Shown here: one piece after another, positions 53,160 through 64,000 of the stretch
Position numbering within the stretch: position 1 is the first letter of the stretch
Layout: each line of letters starts with the position of its first letter
Source of the DNA: Euprymna scolopes
Taxonomy: Eukaryota
DNA: 64,000 bases
Direction: 5' to 3' (one strand)
NCBI GenBank assembly: GCA_053919585.1
Contig: CM132799.1
The notes under the pieces: generated by a model
What the model saw: only the letters and a program-made list of their open reading frames with translations
What the model was told of the DNA's origin: nothing
Database searches by the model: none
Program-made: the position numbers and the translations under genes

Positions 53160-53250
53160 ATACTCATTGGCTGATAGGAAGGACGCGGTGGATACTAGAA
53201 AGCTGATTGGCTAACTAAAATCTCAATAGAAGTTGTGCATATAAAAACAA
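53160..53250 (+). promoter_or_regulatory. Putative pLTR Pol II promoter
   Basis: Two inverted CCAAT boxes (ATTGG at ~53166 and ~53206) and TATAAAA (~53240), just upstream of the hammerhead relic. Confidence 0.35.
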
Positions 53251-53273
53251 CAAACAAGCACAGAATGCGCGCA

Positions 53274-53326
53274 TAAGCCCGTAGAGTCTTAGAGTGGATG
53301 AAACACGGGATATTCAGTGTAGTTTA
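53274..53326 (+). ncRNA. Degenerate (probably inactive) type I hammerhead
   Basis: Stem I UAAGC/GUUUA, core CCGUAGA (two changes from CUGAAGA), stem II GUCU/GGAU, GAAA, stem III CAC/GUG, GUA triplet. Confidence 0.6.
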
Positions 53327-53350
53327 ATCGTCATATACATTTTATAACTT

Positions 53351-53381
<31 letters not shown>

Positions 53382-54575
53382 CATTTTTATTTCTTTATTA
53401 TATTTAAAACAGTAAAAATAATAAATAAATGATTATGTAATAGGTCAAAAAATTCATGGGCGACTTTCTAAATAAATACAACCTTCGAGGCGAAGCCAAT
53501 ATTAACCGTATTCATCGTTTGAAAAACCAAATAAAAAAACCATAAAACAACACTATATATATATATGCATATATATGCATATGTATATATATAAACATAT
53601 TTCAAATGTAATTACATGAATAGGAGTCACTAATTACAAAGAGTGTCATTGAGTTCAGCGCAATATGTTCGTTTTTGTTGAATACTTACAAAATGAAACA
53701 TAGTCAACTAATTATCACTAAAAGTTTGGAGTTGTATATTTTCAGATTGTTCACATGAACATTCTTCGTGATTTATTACTAATTTGCGTCAGTACCTGTC
53801 AAATGTATACTGTTTTAAGTCAGTACTTGTCAAATGTATACTATTTTTAAGTCTCATTTCCCTTAAATCATCATTTTAAATCGTTTATATAAGGAATGGT
53901 AGCAGCAGGTTTGAGATTGATGTATGATAGCATGTGGGATATATTGTGTTTATTAACTTCATAATATTGTTTCCAACTAGGTGCAAACTTTTCTAGTGAT
54001 CAACAACATTATGATTTACAAAATCGTCAGTAATTCAACTTGCATAATATAGATTTTGTTTATTAAATTTTGTACCTATTTCTGTAAATTTTCTTCTGTT
54101 GATATCTTATTATTTGAAACTCAATACTGTTTATCTAATGCAACACAACAATCTGTAATATTAGAGTGTACTTGATTTATAATTTGCCTACAAAAGTTAT
54201 AACATAATTCATTATTTAACAAGCTAAATAAAAATGGCAAATGCAATAAAAACTATTTAAAATGGATCGGCAAAAAAAAAGAAAAAAAATTGTTTGGAAA
54301 GGTGATCGTTTCATAAAATGAGAATTTCATTCAAAATGAAAAAAAGGTTTATTCGAAATTATTGAGATCAGATAACACAATGCAGAGTAAACGTTGAAAA
54401 TCGAATTCGGAAAAAGTAACATGATCAATATTAAAAACAAAATATTGTGTGTTTTTTGGAAGGTGAACAAACTCACACATCTATTAGACTACTGTAAAAA
54501 AAAAACGCAGTTAAATTACGTATGATCTAAGATAAAAAAAGATAAAATTTAATCGAAATTGTAACTAATATATAA

Positions 54576-54625
<50 letters not shown>

Positions 54626-57600
54626 CCAATGATTTATCTTGCATCCAGTTTATAAAAATTTCCGGCTACAAATTATACTTAAAAACCGCTTGAAAAGCGA
54701 TATAGCAATTCTCTTGACGATCAATATATAAGAATAAAATGAAAAAAGCCGTACGAAAAAGATGAATAACAACATCCAGCAAAGTGTGTGTTCGTTTGAT
54801 GTTTCCATTGGAATCTTTTTTTACTTTATATATTTTAAATGTAAATTTATTCATGTATGATTTAAAGTTTACTTTACAGACTTTTTTTATATTTAATCTA
54901 AATTGATTCGTATATGATGTTTGTGTTCTTTAAACTTTATGATATATAAACACTCTGTTAGTTACATATTCATTAATTACATATTTTGCATTTAGCAAGG
55001 GTATAGCATAGAACGATATTTTTCCGCCATAAAAAGACGACAGAATCAAATTTCCCTTTTAAGACAACCGATTTCCTTTTTCGGTGCAGAACATCTACTT
55101 GTTCCCCAGTAGTGTACAAATCATAAGCGCGTTAGGAAATTTCGAATATGTCTGAAAGTGGCACAATGTTAAATAAGCGAGGTCGTTAAATGCGCTGCTG
55201 TACAACATATTATCTAATGATCCAACTATTGACAACAGTACTATTGCCAGCCCCCTCTTAATTCAATTCCGGATGTTTTAACGGCAAAACTCAACGCACC
55301 GACGAGTCACATTTTTAGCATTTTGTGTGTTTTCATGCGAGAGCAACATCATGTTACCTCACATCTTCGAAGTCTGCTAAAAATTCAATACTAAACTACA
55401 CCTGCATGTGCTTAACAGTGTGATGATCCCCTGGTGTATCCCCTGGCTAGCCCACAAGTTCAAGGAGACCCAGGTGTGGCTTTAGAAGGAGTGATACATC
55501 TTTGAACTCTTCTATTAATGACTCGCTCGACCCCTGACCTAAATATGATGAACTACTCCGTTTTGTGATACGTCGAACACGTCCTAAACAAACCCTTTCA
55601 GAACACCAAATGTAGCCTGATCGTTGCCATCCGACGTTCTCCCGCTAGTCTTGTGGAAAAGGCATGCTTCCAGTTCCGGACCCGTAGTGAGGAAGTGATT
55701 TAAGCTCAGGCTCTTATTTCTACAACACGAACTAGTTACATTAATTGATTTGTTTGATAAACGTTTAAAAATAGGTGTCGTTCGTTTCTTAAGGGCGACA
55801 ATTTTATCGTTCCACTATATAGGTCGTGGTGTGTGACCTCATTTAAATTGTAAAATTAGGTAAAATAAGTCTACAAAAATCCGAAGATGAAAGTATTAAT
55901 TAGAAGTTAACAAATTATTGGCAAAGTCCCAATCAACGACGTTAATTGAAACAGTAGTCACATGTAAGACCGATCAATCCTGCATTTGGTGTTTTCCACT
56001 TAAAAAGTTACAAGAAGTGTTTCCTCATTGCTACTATCCCACACGCTTGTGTCACAGATTTGTATTCTCTTCACAGTATATGAAAATACAAAAAATAGTA
56101 AGTAATCGTTTTATTTGTTTTTATCATCATCATTATTTCTGGAAGAATAAAAAATACAAAAGAAAGTAAGATAATGAAATCTAGGTGCTCAGACAAACTG
56201 CCGAATTGGCAATTTTTCCTGTAGTATGCTATGGAAGAGCAGCTATATTACACATTACATCGTTTCTCTAAATACTTAAAAATGTGTTCACATTAAAATG
56301 ACGCTAAAATATATATTTATGGTCATATAATATAATTGTAGATGGTCGAATACAGACTGCAAACGTAATGTTAATAAATGTTTAACATTATTATCCGGAG
56401 AAGGTCCATAAAAGTTAAAAGCTGATTACATTATTTGAAATACCAAAAATTTCTGTGCTTCCATTATGGACCGTATTTTGTGTCTAAGTGACAAAATTTG
56501 GTTAAATAGCTGAATTTATTAAAAAACACACACAATTGTATATCAAATAAAACCAGGAAAATTAAAAGAAAAAACTTGCAAATAATAAATAATTAGTAAT
56601 TGCGAAGCGGCAAAAGCCGACTGTTACCCAAATGCAGAACAGATTCATGACCAAAATATAATTATCCGGGCTTTCTCTATGGCAGTATGTGGCAGGAGTA
56701 GGATGCGGAAGTACCTGGCTATCACTCTCATCCCTAGGGTTTACTGGCGTTTATTGTAAAGTTATGACGATTTTTTGCGGGTGCTGGAAGTCACTGGCGG
56801 GCATGATCAGTGTCGGTACTCATTTGACAGCTAATAAATGTAAACGGTTTCTTGAAATATTCGGCATTGTTGATCAGCAGCATTTACTGGACATATGTTG
56901 AAAGCACTTATAATTTAAAGCTGTTAGTGCTGTTATGAGGTTATTCCTTCTTTTACTGGTGGACACAGTTGACCATGCCCAGTATTGACCTTACTTAGTC
57001 TATACCGAGGATAAAGTGTGGTTTCATTAGTACGCACTGATGTGCATTGGATTTTATAAATAGTTAGCTGTATTTCTCCTATTCAGTCATTGTAAGTCAC
57101 TAATAATCCCCACCCGTGTCAAGATCATTGGTAAGGAAAGGATTGGCTTGTCTTCAATATATTTGCACTGGCATACATTGGATGTTCTTATTATCAAATG
57201 GCCGGGAACTGTTGTGCTAGCGGCGTATATAACAGTGAGTGACAATGATTTTTGAGTGATTACTGTCACTTCTGAACAGGAAAGTTAACGATGGGGAAAT
57301 CGTATGTCTCCAATTATCAGCCACTCTCATAGAGAGGTGGGTACTGTGACTTCATAGCAATGACTGGTGCTGCCAATCACTGTTTGGTATGCACCGGCTA
57401 GCACTCACTTCCTAAACCTCCGGCGCTTACTGGCAGTAACTATCACTCAAAGAGTGGCATGACAAATCTGAATTGAAAGCTTAAGTAAAGCAAAACGCAT
57501 CTTGTATTTATACAGAATACGGATCGTCGTATTGTTAGCTATGAGAATGCATTAAAAAGCTCTTGTATATGGTAATGTTAGTTTATGGAAATGTTATTAG

Positions 57601-57642
57601 CATTTGTTAATATTGCAAAAATGTTATTATATTCATACGGTT

Positions 57643-57710
<68 letters not shown>

Positions 57711-59283
57711 CGGTTGAATGTTGTAATATGTGTAATAACATATTAACATATTAGATTGTGGGGTAAGCTAATAGTTTTATCGCTTTACATCTACACATTA
57801 GCAGCATTTACTAAAGTGTCTTATATTTTATGATTCAGTGATTAAAAACAATGGACAGTTTTATATTTCATGTGAATCTATAGGTGAGGTATGCTCTAGA
57901 AAAAAAACTGGAATAATATTTTTTATAGAATTAAGTCAAAGAAAATAATTAACTGCTTTTTGCTGGTGTTGCTTTTGACTAAGAGTTTAGTCAAAGATTG
58001 TTGTTTCAGGTTTTGAAGTCTAGAATAGCATGGTAATGTGATGCTACATGGCTCTCTGCGAGGATTTTAATATGGGATGTGGGTCGTTTATGGCTAATGA
58101 ACAGTATATACAAGTATGAACTACTTATATCGCACTTCTTTTCGTATTTCGTAGCTCATTAGCTGTGAGTTTGTCTATTTATTTGAGAGTTTAAAGAAAA
58201 TATAAAATAAGCAGAACCTTCTGTATACTAAGAGATAGAAGAAATATAGATTTATTTATGTGAGGAAAATGAGCAAATATAATGAGAATAGCATCATGGT
58301 TGTAATTTTTATTTGTCAAAGAGAAACAGTTGTTTAATTTCCGGTGTGTTAATATCATGATAAAACAGATCATATTTTTAGCATACTGCTAGAGCAAGCA
58401 AAACGAAAAAAAAACCGTAAAATAATCCATTAGAATCAAATGACTATCGTTTTAATGGCGTTATGCGATCTGCAGGGATAAGAGTAAAAATGTAGCATGT
58501 AAAATGTTTTTTTTCTTAAAAGTTGCCATCCGCCTTTACAATATACACCGTCACTTGGGTTTTTTTTTCTCCAAAAACAACCAACTATTTTAAAATAAGA
58601 ATCGGAACTGTCAGAAATATCTGTATCGTTTCTCTTACTATAAATATTCGATAAACTTATGAGGTATATAACAAAGTTTTCACAAAATACTCGTAAGAAA
58701 ATTAACTCAGGAGATATATTGGAAACCCTAATACTATCTGTACACATTGGTATTTTCTAGAGAAGGTTACCTAGATTAAGTAAAAAATAGGATTCATTTG
58801 GGTTCGTCAGTTACTGACAAAACAATTTTAGTCATCGAATAATGATTTAAAGTATTTAAGTGTAAGTTAATCTGAATATTATTGGTTGAGAACGTCTAAA
58901 TTCTGCCCGATTTTCCATATTTTACATAAGCTTTAGAGAGTGTATATCCGAATTTGCTTACATGACATTTATTATATAGTAAAATAGGGGAAGATTAGTG
59001 TTTGTCTAAAATAATTAGTACACTATAATGCGTTCTTAGAATATTCTCTGCAATTTATTCATATAAACTTTCAATTCAAACAGATGAATCGATCTGATGT
59101 ATCAGAGTTGATAAAGAAGACAGTCCTTCGATATTGAAATTCATATGGAATTAAAGATGTAAAATATAACAACTCAATATTTATATCGTTAAACTTTATG
59201 AATGCGATGGGCATTTGTCCTTATAAACAACTGTGTAATCGACAGTTATGGAAGAAGGTATAAATATGTAGGTGTATATATAC

Positions 59284-59323
<40 letters not shown>

Positions 59324-59693
59324 ATATATATATATATGCTATGTTAAAGAAATAAAACCGTCTATTTAAAAGAGTATACTATCAAAAAGTAATATATCTA
59401 TAAGGATTATATGCAACTGAAATAGATTTTACATAAGTAAATGCATGATTTAGTCTATTAATTAATTAATTTCGTAATCGCTTGATTACGGAACTTGAAA
59501 ACTTNNNNNNNNNNNNNNNNNNNNNNNNNNNNNNNNNNNNNNNNNNNNNNNNNNNNNNNNNNNNNNNNNNNNNNNNNNNNNNNNNNNNNNNNNNNNNNNN
59601 NNNNNNNNNNNNNNNNNNNNNNNNNNNNNNNNNNACCAGCGATGGTTGACGTTATGTTGTTTGAAAAAAGAAAAACCGAATGAAATTATGAAA

Positions 59694-59738
59694 TAATCAA
59701 CGTTTCGTACCTATTTCAGAGAACATCTTCAGGATATT
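59694..59738 (-). ncRNA. Minimal Penelope-type hammerhead motif
   Basis: Minus: AUAUC-CUGAAGA-UGUUCUCUGAAAUAGGUAC-GAAACGUU-GAU. Intact core, palindromic AACGUU stem III, weak stems I and II. Confidence 0.5.
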
Positions 59739-59780
59739 AAAAGGAAAAATGCAAGAAAAGAAAAAGATCATAGACCATAC

Positions 59781-59995
59781 GAAAATGAGAAGAAAACAGT
59801 GTTTGAATCCTACCCATATTATCGGGAAGGACAAACATGTGTGTGTATGGGAAGGTTGGGTTGTTCAGTGTCTATATATACACTTTTAAAAATGCGTTAA
59901 ATAAATGTGTACACTTTTTGTTCTCTCTCTAAACTTATTCATTTTGTTGAAACATTTATTTAGGTATGATTCAAACACTGTTTTCTTCTCATTTC
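59781..59995. repeat. ~33-bp inverted repeat next to the hammerhead motif
   Basis: GAAAATGAGAAGAAAACAGTGTTTGAATCCTACC (59781-59814) vs GGTATGATTCAAACACTGTTTTCTTCTCATTTC (~59963-59995). Confidence 0.75.
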
Positions 59996-61362
59996 AGGAT
60001 ACCAGATCTTCGCTCCAAATATTAAATGGGGTGATAACTATTGTTTACACATATCGGTGCCTTTTTAGGGCAAACAAGCAAATATCTACACGATACTCTA
60101 GTTATTTTTACTTATACGTGTAAACCCCCAGGGTTGATCCTTTTGTTAAGAAAGTGTTCTTTTAGAATGTTTTAAAGTGAGATTATTTTTAGGGCAATTA
60201 CACCAGAAAATATCTCTTTAGCCATTTCATTTATCATAATAACGTTCTTAGTTGTTAAGCAGTAGATCAGCTAAACCTCAGGCCATTCTTTAATAAAAAA
60301 AAAACGGTAGTGACTGATGTTTCATTTGCACAAATGTAGACGGTGACGTTTTTTGTGTAATATAAATAAAAAAATTGGACATACATAGTCGTTCACTCGA
60401 TGGCTCCTAATGGCTAAATCATTTTCAATAATGTAACCGCCATAAAAGTATTCGGATAAGTGGTTATTAATTAGACGTTTGGATGTCCGTGATCTACTGT
60501 TGAAAATGGGTTTCAACTTTTACACATATTATCTCTGTTATATATTCATGCCATTTTTGTACAATTTTCCATAGACGAAAATGTCGAGCTACTAGTTTGT
60601 AATATAGAAATTCATTTGGAAAACCATAATGTAATGCGTTTACTCTTAACTTAGGCTTTATTATAATTTTACGATCATTATGCTTTCTGGTTTCATGGCT
60701 GTCTAATCGTAGAGAATATATGTCCATTTACTAATCGATGTTTTTGTAAATCTCCGACGCTAATTTTTCGTTCCAACTATAAATCATTAATACACATGAG
60801 AAGAACAGCCCTGTTTGGGCTACAGAAATAGTTCGAAAAAATAATTTTCATTAACTTGTTATATTACAATTTGATTAGAGTTCTCTTATTTTAAAAATGC
60901 CCACAAAAGTGCTATTCGCGCATTCTTTATACACAAATCATCATATTTCCCTGCGAACCTTTGTTACAGTTAAATTTAAATACAAACTGATAGTTTTATA
61001 GAGTTTTAATTATTTTTCTACAGATTTAATATAGAATGTTGTGTATGGTTACACTGTAAACTGAAATAATGACTAGCGTAAATATATTAAGTCAGAATGT
61101 TAATGAAATTAACCAAAATATGTTATCGACACGTGAGTATATAATTGTAGGGGGTTGAAATAACTTTCAACATTCAAAGTGTAAGTGTATATCTGAAAGA
61201 CCCAGCTTGTAAGAATTTGTAAAAAAGAAGAAAAGTGTGGATGTATCATGTGAAAATATTATATATTAAGAAGTGCTGAAAGCAGCTAGCTTTTAAAGAT
61301 TAGTATAGGATATGGTCGGGTGATTTACTGTAATGTCGAAATATGTTGGTGAAAAAGCCAGA

Positions 61363-61434
<72 letters not shown>

Positions 61435-61664
61435 TCTAAAAACAGTATACGTCTACTAGCTAGACCGATATTCTTCGAAATCAACATCGATTAAAGGTCA
61501 TGATATACTTTACACATTACAAAATAACATGAAAACTATCCAAGCATTCTAATCAAATCTCATTTATACTGTCACATAAGTTGATAACATCGAACAATAG
61601 TGGTTTTACTTTTCACATCAGCGTACGTGGCAAACAGCCGAAAAACTGCGTATTATATATATAT

Positions 61665-61746
<82 letters not shown>

Positions 61747-63589
61747 TTATCATAAAACATTTGAAAAGATGTGCAATGGCCTACTGTATCATCTGTCAAC
61801 CAGAATAGTAATACAGTGCCGGTTGCTCAATACAGTGCCTAAAGCTAATAATTAGCTTTAAGTTTGATGTTTTATCATTCGTATTTTTTGCATTTTCATT
61901 AGTTTTAGATTTGAAATCCAGTCTCATTTGAGAATAAGTTTCGTTTGGTCCGCAATTTTTGATCCATTGTATACTAGTCACTTTACATATCTTTCTTCCA
62001 TTTCTGAAAACCTCGGGATGGGAGGTGAATTATGTAGATGCATTACATTACCAATCTTCTTTTGTTCTTATTTCTTTACTTCCACTTACTGGTTCATGTT
62101 TCTAAATTTGGTTCTCCTGTGTTTGGTCTATATTATATTGGTACATGAAATTAGTGTAAATTCTTACATGTCTTTTATGCTCTTGTTTCAGAAATCTGAA
62201 GAAAAGCTATCATTCGAAGGATGACGACCGATTCCCCCATGCTAGCCATTAAGGAAGCACATGCTGATCACGATGCTGATCAGACCTTTTTTTATTGGGG
62301 CACGTTGCGTAGTTTTCATTAATGATATTTTTATCTTGCAGTGTTTATGGCAACGCGAAGACCAGATGTTTTACCTGTGGTTTTGTCATATAGACAGTGC
62401 TTACCTCTCACAAGAGCCACTGACACACAGTACACATATCATAAAAATACTAAGTGTATGCATATAGTATAAGTCCTCATAATCTCCTTTACGCGATGTT
62501 GGAAGATGCGCGTTCCCCAAAATTGACAATATTGGCTTTTGTATTGTACGCTTCAATATTTCAGAACATCTTCTAGAAGCTTCTATCGACAATACACAAC
62601 TATAAAGGATCGCATTAACTTGATTGCATTCGACAAAACGTTTTTAATTCCGTCATAACGTTGGCGGTGTTTTGACATTTATTGACTTTGGCTTGTCGCT
62701 TTATTAAGGAATATGGTGTGAATATGGGAAGAATACACATTGTCAGAACGATTATTTATGCTAGATAGTAAATAAACATGTTCAACAAAATTTGTAAAGT
62801 ATTGGACCAGAAAATATAATATATTACTTAAAATATTATTAAAACCTACAATTCTAGTAAAGAGTGAATTGAATATAATTAATATAAACATTTGCATCTA
62901 ATCACGGAAAAGAAAGAACTATCGCAATTTCACAAATTATCTTTTAGAAGCTTCAATGCTCAATATATAACTTTTTAAGATCGCCTAAGCTGTATTTAAC
63001 ATTGTGTCTAACAAGAATTTTGAAAAAAAAATTGTGGTAACATTCGAATTGTTCGGAGAGTTATGTCTTCTGTTTGCGTATCAGTTTAGATATATGCATA
63101 TTTATAGGCCCACACATATGATATGCGATTGTTATGTTCTTAAACGGTATGACTTATTATTTCAGTGGTGTATTCGTGTTATATACATGAACTTTCTCGA
63201 CAAATATTTACTTATTAGACATAGTGAAAGTGTAATTATATAACACATGAGATCCTCCTTAAAATTTATACAAGAATCTGCCAATAAAGATAAAACTACT
63301 TGCCTCTCAAATATAAGTGTACTTACTTTTATCATACGGAAACAACAAGTATTTAAATATATAAATGCACACCTATTTTTAACCTTTATATAAGCACAAA
63401 CAATGTAATTTAGTAAAAAGTAAGTGTATAAATAAGAAAAACTTAAAAAAAAAAACCCTGCTAAATAGTAGATGTCTATTATCAGCGTCATCACATAGAC
63501 GAATTAGATGTTATTAACGGTTGGCAGAATAAAGAAATGGGCTGTACTAGAAATGAACACATACATATTTGACAGACGATAATGATGGT

Positions 63590-64000
63590 TCCTATTTACA
63601 ATGCCTCCCTACGGGCAGAGTTAGACACCAGGGTCGTTTTTTAATGTGGAGAAAAGGAACAAAAATAAAAATTGTCTCAGTCATGAAGGAGTTCTCCTCC
63701 ACTGACAGAGAAAAAGAAATTGAAGTGCAGCATCTGAAGAACAGATACTACACTTTGATGTATTTGCTCCCCCACTGAGCAAATTAGGAACAAGGCCGAT
63801 TTTTAAAGTAAGGAGTGAAGGGGAAATGGGGACCAACACCCCGGGGAGTAGGGGGGGCTGGATAGTGACGATTGGTATGAAGGTTTGCCCCTACATTGAC
63901 CAAGGTCTTATATGTGGGGTTTCTCCCACATATGGTCTTTGCTTGCAGTATCTGCCGGAACAGATACTACACTCTGAGGTATTTATTTGCTCCCCCACTG
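63590..64000. repeat. Interspersed or tandem repeat running off the window end
   Basis: AACAGATACTACACT.TGA.GTATTT...GCTCCCCCACTG at 63741-63777 and 63959-64000. Related 'CA.GG.CG.TTTTTAA' motif at ~63629 and ~63791. Confidence 0.5.

Larger units (their letters stand above)
52402..53354 (+). mobile_element. Second Naiad-type PLE 3' fragment: GIY-YIG, pLTR and relic hammerhead, ending at (TA)n
   Basis: 'LTKSVVYQATI...KKYYVGMT..DFKNRYSDHKSTF' (52433-52560), frameshift, then 'TTLANKYWELK...WKII...CRLCLHEK' (52579-52827). 30-bp fold-back at the 5' end. Confidence 0.88.

Noticed and set aside
53788-53853. ~31-bp tandem duplication, and other short direct repeats, as a CRISPR-like array
   Set aside because: Only two adjacent units with no unique spacers, in a eukaryotic context.
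14445-59634. Sixteen N-runs, and the X-containing ORFs that span them
   Set aside because: Runs sit at mirror positions in both palindrome arms and often next to simple repeats, so they look like masked sequence rather than biology. ORFs across them are artefacts and their content cannot be assessed.

Overview
AT-rich eukaryotic (probably invertebrate animal) DNA, intronic or intergenic, with many (TA)n microsatellites and 16 N-runs. No intact host gene is recognisable. The window consists mostly of decayed transposons: two clear Ty3/Gypsy elements (~1-4490 minus; ~7140-12843 plus), a BEL/Pao element whose integrase core is internally inverted (~35400-40250), a CR1/L2-type LINE fragment, a Tc1 fragment, about eight non-autonomous Helitron pieces, MITEs and a tRNA-derived SINE dimer. 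Penelope-like elements (PLEs) dominate. The main feature is a young ~5.3 kb palindromic insertion of a Naiad-type PLE (26522-31855) within a (TA)n tract. It has two near-identical 2.3 kb arms, a GIY-YIG endonuclease region and a 43-bp snap-back hairpin at the central junction. Each arm ends in an intact, outward-facing type I hammerhead ribozyme. A second Naiad fragment also starts with a fold-back hairpin at its 5' truncation. Older PLE relics show the same inverted layout, with about nine further minimal or degenerate hammerhead motifs. All calls come from reading the sequence by eye; no searches were run.
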